Positions 49,315 to 61,911 of a stretch of DNA of 64,000 bases are shown piece after piece. The stretch is taken from assembly GCA_028826165.1 (NCBI GenBank), contig JAPDFW010000114.1, positions 744,001 to 808,000 of the forward strand, given 5' to 3'. Each line of letters begins with the position of its first letter. The first letter of the stretch is position 1. The notes beneath the pieces are model-generated. The model was not told the DNA's origin and made no database searches. It saw nothing but the letters and a program-made list of their open reading frames with translations. The translations under genes and the position numbers were made by a program. This DNA comes from Anaeramoeba ignava BMAN (lineage: Eukaryota; Protista; Anaeramoebae).

Positions 49315-52300
49315 ATGTTAAATTCTTTTAGATATTTTTTAGATTCTTCTGAAAAAAATAACCAACAAAAAAATACTTCAATTCAAGAACCAATTTTAAA
49401 TTATAATTTTCTTTACACAAAATCTCTTGATGTTTATTTTCAAATTTCAATGTAAAAACAAAATCAAAACAAAACCACAATCAAAAATATATTCTCTTGT
49501 TTAAACTTTATTCTTTTCTTTTTTTTTCTTAAAATGGATTATTTAGAAAAAATATACTTGGAGATATTTTCAACAAATATAGACAAATTTTAAATTCATT
49601 AGATCTTTATTCTCAATATTTAGATATCCAGAAAAAGAATATGAGTTTTCAAATTACTGGTCAGTTATTTTCTTCTGGAAGACCTATCTGTGAAATTCAA
49701 AAGACAAGACATCAATTTCTTGAGAGGGAAATAAATTTAGATGAAGTTGTTGTTTTTCCAATTTTTATCAAAAATTTACCAAGAAATACGATAATTGAAT
49801 TTAATTTAATTGCTGTATTTTCACCTCAAACAACAATTGTATTGGGAAAAGCATTTGCGACAGTATTTAGTCGTCAAAATAATAAGATGAGATTTGGAAG
49901 TTATATTCTTCCGTTATATTCACCTCATATTGAAATTCAAGAAGATAATTTGATTAATTTGAATGATTTTATAGACAAGAATAATGAGAATGAAAATCAA
50001 TTTAAAAATGAGAATGAAAATCAATTTAAAAATGAAAATCAAAATGAAAATCAATTTAAAAATGAAAATCAAAATGAAAATCAATTTAAAAATGAAAATC
50101 AATTTAAAAATCAAAATGAATTTAAAAATGAAAATCAAAATGAAAATCAAAATGAAAATCAAAATGAAAATCAAAATGAAAATCAAAATGAAAATCAAAA
50201 TCAAAATCAATTTAAAAATGAAAATCAAAATGAAAATGAGAATCAAAATCAAAATCAATTTAAAAATCAAAATCAAAATCAAAATCAAAATCAAAATCAA
50301 AATCAAAATCAAAATCAAAATCAAAATCAAAATCAAAATCAAAATCAAAATGAAAATCAAAATCAAAATCAAAATAAAAATGAAAATCAAAATCAATTTA
50401 AAAATCAAAATAAAAATCAAAATTTAAAAATGAAATCGTTGTCACAAGAACAAGAAAAAGAAGAAAATCACAAAATTCATTATCGCCAATACCATAAACA
50501 ATATAATTATTTGCTTAAAACACCACAAATTCATCTATTAGAAAAGATTTCCCGAGGTTATCAAACCAAAAAGATAAATAACCAAGTTGTTGAAAATTCA
50601 TGGTTAGATCAACAAGCAATGAAAAAGATTGAATCAATATTCACAAAACAATTTCTTGAAGATTCCAAAATTTCACTTGTTATAGATTTTCCAATATTTA
50701 CTAGAAACTCCATTTTTATCCCGATATTCTTCAAAAACCCTAAAAGAATAATGAAAAAAAGAAGAAGAAGTAGTTTCCATTCATCAAAGAAAATAATCAA
50801 AAAGATTGAGAAGATAAACAATCCAAAACCAACACTAAAACAAGGCCCAAATCAAGATCAAGACAAAGAACAGATCAATATGGTTCATCTTGAAAGTATA
50901 ACATCGATGTACAAAATCAACAAGAATCAGCAAGAAAACGTACCCAAAACTATACGCAAATTTGAACGTCCGAAAATCTACATCAAGAAAGGAGGACTTT
51001 TCCCTAAAATTTATGATTCAGAAATCCAAACAGACAATCCAGCAGAGTTGATGAACCGATTCATGCGCAGAAATATATTCAAAACAAATCAAGCGCATGA
51101 AGCTTCATTACTAAATGTAGAAGAAAATGTTTTTAAACCAAATTATGGAGAAAAAAGAATAATTAGCAAAATATTAGAAAAGCCACTGACATATAAATTC
51201 AGTGATTTTGAGAGAGATTTGATCAAAAAATACAGATTTTGGCTTGTGAAAAATCGCAAACCAATTGCAATATTTATTCGAAGTGTTGATTGGAACGAAA
51301 AAACACAACAAAAACAAGCAGAGGAAATTTTCAAGCAAATAAAAGACTCAAACACCATGCATATAGGGGATATCATGGAATTTTTGACTTCCAATTATAA
51401 CTATTATATTGTGCGCAAATTCTCTGTCGAGATGCTGCGCCATAAAACAGATGAAGAAATTGAACCTTTTCTTTTGCAGCTTGTTTCGAGTTTGAAATAC
51501 GAAGGAAAAAATTTAAAAAAATCAAAGCTTGCGAATTTCCTTCTTGAACGAGCAATGAAAAACATAAAGATTGCAAGCAATTTATATTGGTTTTGTAAGG
51601 TGGAAACAGAGAACAAAATTTATGGATCATTTTATTCACCATTTTTATCAACTCTCAATGAAAAAATGGGGAAAATATTCGAATCACAAGAAAAATTTTT
51701 TCACTCATTATGCAATTTACAGAAGGCAATTAAAAACATAAATAAACCACGAAAAGAAAAGATTCAGATGCTGAATGAGATGTTAATCAAAGGTGAATTT
51801 TCTCATTTAAACAGTTTTCCCGAAAGCATTTTCCCTCTTGATCCAGGCTATTTGATGGAAGGAATTGAAGGGAAAGGGGCTTTTATATTTAAGAGCACAA
51901 CACAACCACTTGGACTTAAATTGCGAGTAAGAGAGCGTATAGAAGAAGAGGAGAAAGAGAAGAAGGAAGATGAAAGCACAGGAGATTCTGGACAACTAAT
52001 CCGAAGCGTTTTTAGTAACAGTGTTTTTGGTAAAAACGTATCGAATTCAAAAAAGGACGAGCAAAAAGAAATACCAGAAAGAAACTACGGGATTTTATTC
52101 AAAATGGGAGATGATATGCGACAAGATCAACTAGTTGTGCAGTTGATTCAACTGATGGATTTGATACTCAAAAAGGAAAATGTGGATCTAAATTTGACGC
52201 CTTATCGCGTGCTTCCTTTTAGCACTCAAGCAGGACTAATTGAGCTAGTACAGAACGTGAGGTCTTTATTTGACGTTCTTCAAGAAGGAACGATCCTGGA

Positions 52301-52871
52301 TCATTTGAAGAAATTTCCGTTCAATATTGACGAAGAGTCGCCGAATGGAATCAAAAGGGAAGTGATGGAAAGATACATCAATAGTTGCGCAGGATACAGC
52401 GTAATTACTTACATCCTGGGCATTGGAGACCGTCATTTGGACAATTTACTGCTTGTCAACGACGGCAGACTTCTCCACATTGACTTTGGTTTTATTCTTG
52501 GAAAAGATCCGAAACCTTTTCCTCCACCATTCAAGCTAAAAAAAGAAATGATTGACCCAATGGGTGGCGCAAATTCTTCCGATTACCGCAAATTCAAGTC
52601 CCGTTGTTGTCTTGCTTTTAATGTTCTTCGCAAATCCGCAAATCTTGTTATTAATTTACTTTATTTGATGAAGGACTCAAATATTCCAGATATCACAAAT
52701 AATTCTGCTGATTGCATCCTCAAAGTCATAGAAAATTACCAGTTGGAATTGACTGAAGAAGAAGCTGAAAATTATTTTATTCGTCTTATCGATCGCGCTG
52801 TTTCTTCTTTCGGTTCAAAATGGACAGATGGTGTTCATGTTATTGAACAATATTGGAGAGGCTTTTTTTAA
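49315..52871 (+). CDS. VPS34: Class III phosphatidylinositol 3-kinase Vps34; exons 49315-49451, 49547-52871
   Basis: C2 domain, WLDQQAMKKIE, helical-domain FLLQLVSSLKYE, kinase FKMGDDMRQDQL, SCAGYSVITYILGIGDRHLDN, HIDFGFILGKDPKPFPPP and C-terminal HVIEQYWR. Confidence 0.95.
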
Positions 52872-52879
52872 ATATTAAA

Positions 52880-52912
<33 letters not shown>

Positions 52913-53089
52913 ATTTTTTTGTTGTTATTTTTACTTTGGAAAAAAAAAGAGAAAAAAAAAATTTTTTTTATTGGACTGAATTTGAAAAAAAAACAATCTT
53001 AAAAACGAAAATTTTTTTTTTCATTTTCTTTCCTTTTTTTTTTAAAATAAATTTAACCTAATTTAATTAAAAAATTAAAAAATTAAAAA

Positions 53090-55386
53090 ATGAATAAGAA
53101 TTCAGATGAAAATTCAAATGAAAATTCAAATGAAAATTCAGAAATAAGTGGAGAAGATCCATTTTCAGTTGCAGATACAGAAAATCCTGATCAAGAATTA
53201 ACCGAAAAAATTTCTGAAAGTGAACAATCTCAAGAAGATTCTCCACTTCTTCCTGAAAAAGAAGAAAAGAAAGAAAAGCCAATAAAATGCTGTTTATGTT
53301 ATGACAAAATGAATACAGGATTCAAAAAAATACAAATCAAACCAATACCTTTTTTCATATCAATAACAATTTTTGTTGTTATACTTTTAATACCAGTTTT
53401 AAAAGAACATCCAGAAGCACATCGATGTTTAGCAATTCTATTATTTGTAGCTTCACTTTGGGCAACAGAAACTTTACCTTTATTTGTGACTGCTTTGCTT
53501 GTCCCTATTCCTGTTGTTTGGTTAAGGGTTTTACTTGATGATAATAAAAAACCTTTAGATGGCGAGCAAGCTTCTCCTCAAATTACTTATCGTTTTTTCG
53601 ATCCTGTTGTTATGTTATTTCTTGGCGGTTTTTGTATTGCTCAAGCTTTACATAAATATCATTTATCTGAAAAGTTAGCAAGTATTATTTTAAGGAAAGC
53701 TGGAACTAATCCTAAAAAAATATTATTTTTAACTATGATGTTAGGACTTTTTCTTTCTATGTGGTAATTTATTTAGCATTTCCCAAATTAATTTATTTGA
53801 TTTTATTTGAATTTATTTGAATTGAATATTGAATTGAATATTGAATTGAATTGAATATTGAATATTGAATTGAATTGAATATTGAATATTGAATTGAATA
53901 TTGAATTGATTTGAATTGAATTGAATTGATTTGATTTGATTTGAATTAAATATTGAATATTGAATTGAATTGAATTGATTTAAAAAAAAAGGATATCAAA
54001 TGTTGCTTCTACTGTTGTTTGTATTTCTGTTCTACTTCCACTAATTCGAAATAATATCCCAGATGGAGATCCATTTCAAAGAGCACTTTTAATTGGAATA
54101 GCTTATTCAAATAATTTAGGAGGAATGACAACTCCAATAGCTTCACCTCAAAATGCAATTGCTGTTAAAGTTGCTAATCAAATTTCATCAAGAACTCAAC
54201 AAATTGGATTTTTAAGATGGACTGGTATTGCTTTACCAACAGCATTTCTTGTAACACTTGCTTGCTATTTTCTCATTTTGAAATTTTATAGAACAAAATT
54301 GAAAGCAATTCAGCAAGTTAAATATGTTTCTGAACCTTTAACTTATCAACACTGGGTTATAATTATTACAACAGCAATAACAGTTATATTATGGTGTGTG
54401 AATGGATTTATTGATAAGTAATCTATTAAAATTAACTTAATATCCAATATTTATTATTTAATATTTATTATTTAATATTTAATATTTAATATTCATTATT
54501 TATTATTTATTATTTATTATTTAATATTCATTATTTAATATTCATTATTCAATATTTATTATCCAATATTCAATATTCAATATTCATTATTTATTATTTA
54601 ATATTTAATATTCATTATTCATTATTTATTATTTAATATTTAATATTCAATATTTATTATCCAATATTTATTATTTATTATTTAATATTTAATATTTAAT
54701 ATTTAATATTCAATATTCAATATTTATTATTTAATATTCATTATTCATTATTTATTATTCATTATTCATTATTTATTATTCATTATTTATTATTTATTAT
54801 TTATTATTTATTATTTAATCCAAAATAAATTAGAACGATTGGAGATCTTGGAATAACTGCAATAATCCCAGTTATTGTATTTTTTGGAACAGGAATTTTA
54901 TCAAAAGAAGATTTTGGGAAATTATCATGGCCAATTTTATTATTAATGGGAGGAGGATTAGCACTTGGATATGCAGTTCAACAATCAGATCTTCTTCATT
55001 TAATAGCAAATGGAATAAGTGATATAGTTGGAGATTCATGGTTAATATTCATAATATCAGCATTTTCAGTTTTAATGGTATTTGCAAGTACATTTATCAA
55101 TTCAACAGTTGCAGCAGCAATTGTTCTTCCTATTGTTGGACAAATTGGATATTCAAATAATCATATGAAAGCAATGTTAGTTCTTGTTGATTTGATGACT
55201 TCAGGTGGTCATTGTCTTCCTTTTTCTTCTTTTCCAAATGCAGCTACTTTTGCTGTTGCTAATGATAAAGGAAAACAATATCTGAGAACAAAAGATTATT
55301 TAATTGTTGGTGTTTCAGTTACAATTCTTTCTTATATTTCAATGACTTTTATTAGTTATAATATTGCAATGTCTTTCAAATATTAA
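53090..55386 (+). CDS. SLC13/DASS Pho87/90/91-like phosphate transporter, copy 1 (no SPX domain); exons 53090-53763, 53992-54417, 54834-55386
   Basis: CLAILLFVASLWATETLPLFVT, LFLGGFCIAQAL, SMWISNVA, SNNLGGMTTPIASPQNAIA, LMGGGLALG, SSFPNA. Confidence 0.9.
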
Positions 55387-55946
55387 AAATATTTCCTTTC
55401 TTTTTTTTTAATTTTTCTATTCTTCTTCTTCTTTTTTTTTTTGATTTTGATTTTGATTCATTAAATTTTGATTTTGATTTTGATTCATTAAATTTTGATT
55501 TTAATTTTGATTTTGATTTAAATTTTGATTTTAATTTTAATTTTTAATTTTGATTTTAATTCATTAAATTTTAATTTTAATTCTAATTTTTAATTTTAAT
55601 TTTAATTTTAATTGATCGGGTTTAAAAAAAAATATAAAAATTTTAATTTTTCTTTTTCAATTTTTTTTTGTTTTCATCAATTTTTGAATATAAAAAAAAA
55701 ATCAACAAACAACCATTTTAGTAATAAAAACAATTAATAATCAATAAAAAAAATACGATATCCTTTTTGCTTTAATTGTAAACTAACAATTTTTATTACA
55801 AAATAAACAAAAACAAAATAAACATAAATTTACTTTGAATTTTCTTTTGGTTCAAATAATAAAATTTATTAATAAAATAACTTTAAAATATTTTCCTTTT
55901 TCAAAATAGAAAAAATAAACAAAAAAATTTTAATTCCAAATCATCA

Positions 55947-58903
55947 ATGAAAAGAAATCCAAAAAATTCAAAAGAATTGCAAGAAAAAAAGGGAAATTTA
56001 GAAGAATCGGAAACAGAAATGAAAACAAAATCCATTTCAGAAGAAGAAAATTTAAATGAAGAAATAAATATAAATTTAAATGAAGAAAATAATTTCAATC
56101 AAGAATCAAGTGGAGAAGATGATTTTACTTTATCAAATAAAGAAAATGATCTTGAAGAATTGAAGGAAAATATTTTTCCAAACGAAGAAGATCAAAATCA
56201 AAATCAAAATCAAGAAGAAGTATTATTAATGCAAGAAGAAAAAACGAAAAAAACCAAAAAAACCAAAAAAGCAACAAAATGTTGCAAAATTTATCACAAA
56301 ATGGATTCAGCATTCAAAAAAATCAAAGTGAAAATGATACCTTTTTTTATATCATTAACAATTTTTCTAATTGTTCTTGTAATACCAGTTTTAAAAGAAC
56401 ATCCAGAAGCACATCGATGTTTAGCAATTCTATTATTTGTAGCTTCACTTTGGGCAACAGAAACATTCCCTTTATTTGTGACTGCTTTGCTTGTTCCTGT
56501 TCCTGTTGTTTGGTTAAAAGTTCTTCTTGATGACAATAATCAACAAATGGATGCTGAACAATCTTCTCCTCAAATTACTTATCGTTATTTCGATCCTGTT
56601 GTTCTTTTGTTTCTTGGTGGTTTTTGTATTGCTCAAGCTTTACATAAATATCATTTATCTGAAAAGTTAGCAAGTATTATTTTGAGGAAAGCTGGAACTA
56701 ATCCTAAAAAAATATTATTTTTAACTATGATGTTAGGACTTTTTCTTTCTATGTGGTAAGTTATTTAGCATTTCCCAAATTGATTTATTTGAATTTATTT
56801 GATTTTATTTGATTTTATTTGATTTTATTTGATTTTATTTGAATTGAATTGAATTAAATTGAATTGAATATTGAATTGAATATTGAATTGAATTGAATAT
56901 TGAATTGAATTGAATTAAATTAAATTAAATTGAATTGTTTTGATTGATTGATTGATTAAATTGAATTGATTTAAAAAAAAAGGATATCAAATGTTGCTTC
57001 AGCTGTTGTTTGTATTTCTGTTCTATATCCACTAATTAAAAATAATATTCCAGATGGAGATCCATTTCAAAAAGCGCTTTTAATTGGAATAGCTTATTCA
57101 AATAATGTAGGAGGAATGATAACACCAATAGCTTCACCTCAAAATGCAATTGCTGTTAAATTAGCTGATGAAATTTCATCAAGAACTCAACAAATTGGAT
57201 TTTTACAATGGACTGCAATTGCTTTTCCAACAGCTCTTATTCCAACACTTGTGGGTTATTTTCTCATTTTGAAATTTTATAAAACAAAATTGGTAAAAAT
57301 TGAACAAATTCCTTATACACCTGAAAAACTAAATTATAAGCATTGGATTGTCATTATTACAACAACAGTAACAGTTTTATTATGGTGTTTGAATACTTTT
57401 ATTAATAAGTAATTTTTTTCAATTCAATATTCAATATTCAATTCAATATTCAATATTCAATTTAAATCAAATAAAATCAATATTCAATTACAATGGAATT
57501 CAATATTCAAATTCATTTTTCAATTTGAAATTTATAAAAACAAAATTGGTAAAAATTGAACAAATTACACCCAGAAAAACTAAATTCAATTTCATTATTA
57601 CAACAACAGTAACAGTTTTATTATGAATTGTTTGAATACTTTTTATTTTAATTTTTATTCAATTCAATATTCAATTCAATTCAATATTCAATTCAATATT
57701 CAATTCAATATTCAATTCAATATTCAATTCAATATTCAATTCAATATTCAATTCAATATTTAATTCAATTCAATTCAATTCAATATTCAATTCAATTCAA
57801 TTCAATATTCAAATTCAATATTCAATTCAATATTCAATATTCAAATCAAATAAATTCAATATTCAATATTCAATTCAAATTCCATTATTCAATATCAATT
57901 CAATTCAATATTCAATATTCAATTCAAATATTCAATATTCAATATTCAATATATTCAATTCAATATTCAATTCATTCAAATCAATATTCAATATTTCAAT
58001 ATTCAATATTCATTCAATATTCAATATTCAATTCAATTCAATTCAATTCAATTCAATTCAATATTCAATTCAATATTCAATTCAATTCAATTCAATATTC
58101 AATTCAATTCAATTCAATATTCAATTCAATTCAATTCAATTCAATATTCAATTCAATATTCAATTCAATTTAATTCAATTCAATATTCAATTCAATTCAA
58201 TATTCAATTCAATTTTCAATTCAATATTCAATTCAATATTCAATTCAATTCAATTCAATATTCAATTCAATATTCAATATTCAATTTAATATTTAATTAA
58301 ATTCAATTTAATCCAAAATAAATTAGAACGATTGGAGATCTTGGAATAACTGCAATAATCCCAGTTTTTGTATTTTTTGGAACAGGAATTTTATCAAAAG
58401 AAGATTTTGGGAAATTATCATGGCCAATTTTAATATTAATGGGAGGAGGATTAGCACTTGGATATGCAGTTCAACAATCAGATCTTCTTCAATTAATAGC
58501 AAATGGAATAAGTTATTTAGTTGGAGATTCATGGTTAATATTCATAATATCAGCATTTTCAGTTTTAATGGTATTTGCAAGTACATTTATGAATTCAACA
58601 GTTGCAGGAGCAATTGTTCTTCCTGTTGTTGGACAAATTGGATATTCAAATAATCATATGAAAGCAATGTTAGTTCTTGTTGATTTGATGACTTCAGGTG
58701 GTCATTGTCTTCCTTTTTCTTCTTTTCCAAATGCAGCTACTTTTGCTGTTGCTAATGATAAAGGAAAACAATATCTTGGAATTAAAGATTATTTAATGGT
58801 TGGTGCTTCTTTTACAGTTCTTTCTTATATTTCAATGACTTTTATTAGTTATAATATTGCAATGTCTTTTCAAATATTAAAAATATTTCCTTTCTTTTTT
58901 TGA
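55947..58903 (+). CDS. SLC13/DASS Pho87/90/91-like transporter, copy 2; exons 55947-56755, 56983-57408, 58327-58903 (true stop probably 58880)
   Basis: Same motifs and intron positions as copy 1; one extra T in TCTTTT near the stop compared with copy 1. Confidence 0.9.
57409..58326 (+). repeat. 918-nt intron of (ATTCA)n/ATATTCA microsatellite containing a degenerate copy of the upstream exon end
   Basis: GT at 57409, AG ending 58326; pentamer array. Confidence 0.8.
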
Positions 58904-59409
58904 TACTTTGATTTTAATTTTAATTTTAATTTTGATTTTGATTTTGATTTTAATTTTAAATTTAATTTTAATTTGATTTTGATTTTGATTTTGATTTTGA
59001 TTTTAATACTTTAATTTTGATTTTAATTTTAAATTTGATTTTGATTTTAATTTTAATTTTGATTTTAATTTTGATTTTGATTTTAAATTTTGATTTTAAT
59101 TTTAAATTTGATTTTGATTTTGATTTAAATTTGATTTTAATTTTAATTTTAATTTTAATTTTGATTTTGATTTTAATTTTAATTTTGATTTTTAAATTGT
59201 AAATGTGGATTGTTATTTTGGAATTTGGGTCAAATTAAAATATTTAAAAAAAAAAAGAAAAAGGAAAAAAAAAGAAAAAAAAATTTTTTTTAAATTTCAT
59301 TTTCTCTTTTTTTTTTGTTTTTTTTCTTTTTTAAATTAGAATCATCAAAATTCAATCAAAATAAAAAATCCCCTTTAAAAAAAATAAATTAAAAAAAATA
59401 AATTAAAAA

Positions 59410-60669
59410 ATGAGCACAACAGATAATAATGAAACCAAATTAAACTCAGAAACAACATTCGAAGATCCATTTCTAATCGCAGACACAGAAAATATGGATA
59501 CAGACTTCAAAGATTCAACAGAAAGATCATATGAATCTTCAACTGAAAGTTATGAACAATATGAAGATCAACCTCTTATTCGAAGAGCAAACGAACAATC
59601 AACAAAATGTTGCAAATTTTATGACAAACTAAACCGAGCTTTTCAAAAAATAGAAGTGAAAATGATACCTTTTTTCATTTCCATAATAATTTTTCTAGTT
59701 GTTCTTTTAATACCAGTTTTAAAAGATCATCCAGAAGCACATCGATGTTTAGCAATTCTATTGTTTGCAGCTTCACTTTGGGCAACAGAAACATTCCCTT
59801 TATTTGTGACTGCTTTGCTTGTTCCAATCCCTGTTGTTTGGTTCAAGGTTCTTCTTGACGATGATAACAAACCAATGAGTGCTGGTGAAGCTTCGTCTCA
59901 AATCACTTATCGTTTTTTCGATCCTGTTGTTCTTTTGTTTCTTGGTGGTTTTTGTATTGCTCAAGCCTTGCATAAATATAATTTATCCGAAAGGTTGGCT
60001 AATATCATTTTGAGAAAGGCAGGAACTAAGCCTAAAAAAATTTTGTTTTTAACTATGCTTTTGGGACTTATTCTTTCTATGTGGTAAGTTATTTGAAATA
60101 ACTTTTAAAAATTCGAAATGGTTTTTTTTTTTAAATATTAACATGAAAGGAGTAAATTCTGTCATGTTAAAAAATTTTTTTCATTTTCGAAAAATTTTTA
60201 ATTGATTAATTTGATTTAAAAAAAAAAGGATATCAAATGTTGCTTCTACTGTTGTTTGTATTTCTGTTCTACTTCCACTAATTCGAAATAATATCCCAGA
60301 TGGAGACCCATTCCAAAAAGCACTTTTACTTGGAATAGCTTATTCAAATAATGTAGGAGGAATGACAACTCCAATAGCTTCACCTCAAAATGCAATTGCT
60401 GTTAAAGTTTCAAATCAAATATCAGATAACAATGAACCAATCGGATTTTTCCAATGGATTGTTATTGCTTTTCCAACTGCATTTCTTGTCATGCTATTTA
60501 CTTATTTATTTCTCTTAAAATTCTACAGAACAAGATTGAAGGCTGTCGAGCAAGTTATTTACACACCACAAAGATTAACTTACAAGCATTGGATTGTTAT
60601 AGTGACAACAATAGTAACAGTTTTATTATGGTGTTTGAACAGTCTTATTGATGAGTGATTATTCCAAAA

Positions 60670-60701
<32 letters not shown>

Positions 60702-61293
60702 ATTTTTATTAATTTTTAATTTTTAATTTTTAATTGAAAGTTTTGTTGGAGATCTTGGAATAACTGCAATAATCCCAGTTATTGTATTTTTTGGAACAGG
60801 AATTTTATCAAAAAAAGACTTGGGCAAATTATCATGGCCAGTACTATTATTAATGGGAGGAGGATTAGCACTTGGATATGCAGTTCAACAATCAGGATTA
60901 CTTCATTTAATAGCAAATGGGATAAGTGATATAGTTGGTGATTCAATATTACTTTGGGTGATTTCAGCATTTGCAGTTTTAATGATATTTGCAAGTACTC
61001 TTATTAGTTCAACAGTCGCTGCTGTTATTGTTCTTCCTATTGTTGGTGCAATTGGTGATTCTCATCACCACTTGAGACTCATGTTGGTTCTTGTTGATTT
61101 GATGACTTCAGGTGGAAATTGTCTTCCTATTTCTTCTTTTCCAAATGCAACTACTTTTGCAGTTTCAAATGACAAAGGAAATCAATATGTGAAAACTAAG
61201 GACTATTTAGTTGTTGGGTTTTTTGTTACAGTATTGACTTATTTGGGAATGATTTCCTCTAGTTATGGAATTGCAACTCTTTTCAAATATTAA
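59410..61293 (+). CDS. SLC13/DASS Pho87/90/91-like transporter, copy 3; exons 59410-60083, 60229-60654, 60741-61293
   Basis: Same motifs and intron positions as copies 1 and 2, more divergent sequence. Confidence 0.9.
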
Positions 61294-61911
61294 AATTCTT
61301 TATTTTTCCTTCCTTTCTTGTTATTGGTAAATTTCAATAATTTTTTTTTAATTTAATTTAATTTAATTTAATTTAATTTAATTTTTATTTTTATTGTTTT
61401 TATAGATTGCAGATTTATAGTTCCATTTTTTTTATTAATCCTTTCATTCTTTTATTTTTTCTTTTTCTTTAAATTAATCTCTGATTGATTTTAGTTCCAG
61501 AAAAGTGGAAGATTCCATATTCTTTTTTTTTTTTTCTTTAAACAAATTTTTTTTTGGTTTTTCTAAATTTTTCTAGATTTGATTGAATATTTTTTTCATT
61601 TTTTTGGTGAAGAAAATTAAAAAAAAGAGACTAAATTCATTTAAAAATAACAAATCAAAACAAAATCAAAAAGAAAAAAAAAATATGAGATTTGAATAAT
61701 TTTTGAATTGAATTTTTTATTAAAATTAAAAGTTTGTTTTATTTAAAAAAGAAAAAGAAAAAAAAAGAAAAAAAGTGGAACAAAATTTTGATTTAAATTT
61801 AAATTAATTTTAGTTTAGTTTTTTTTTTGTTTAAAAATTAAAAATAAAATTGAAAGAAATGAAAATTGTTTTGTTTTTGGAAAATTTTATTCAAAAAAAA
61901 AAAAAAAAATC

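Noticed and set aside
2001-59202. Many ORF-track entries such as IKIKIK, LILILI, FDFDFD, KLFI, IINL and NFEF
   Set aside because: These are translations of microsatellites or antisense/alternate frames of QN tracts, with no protein-like complexity.
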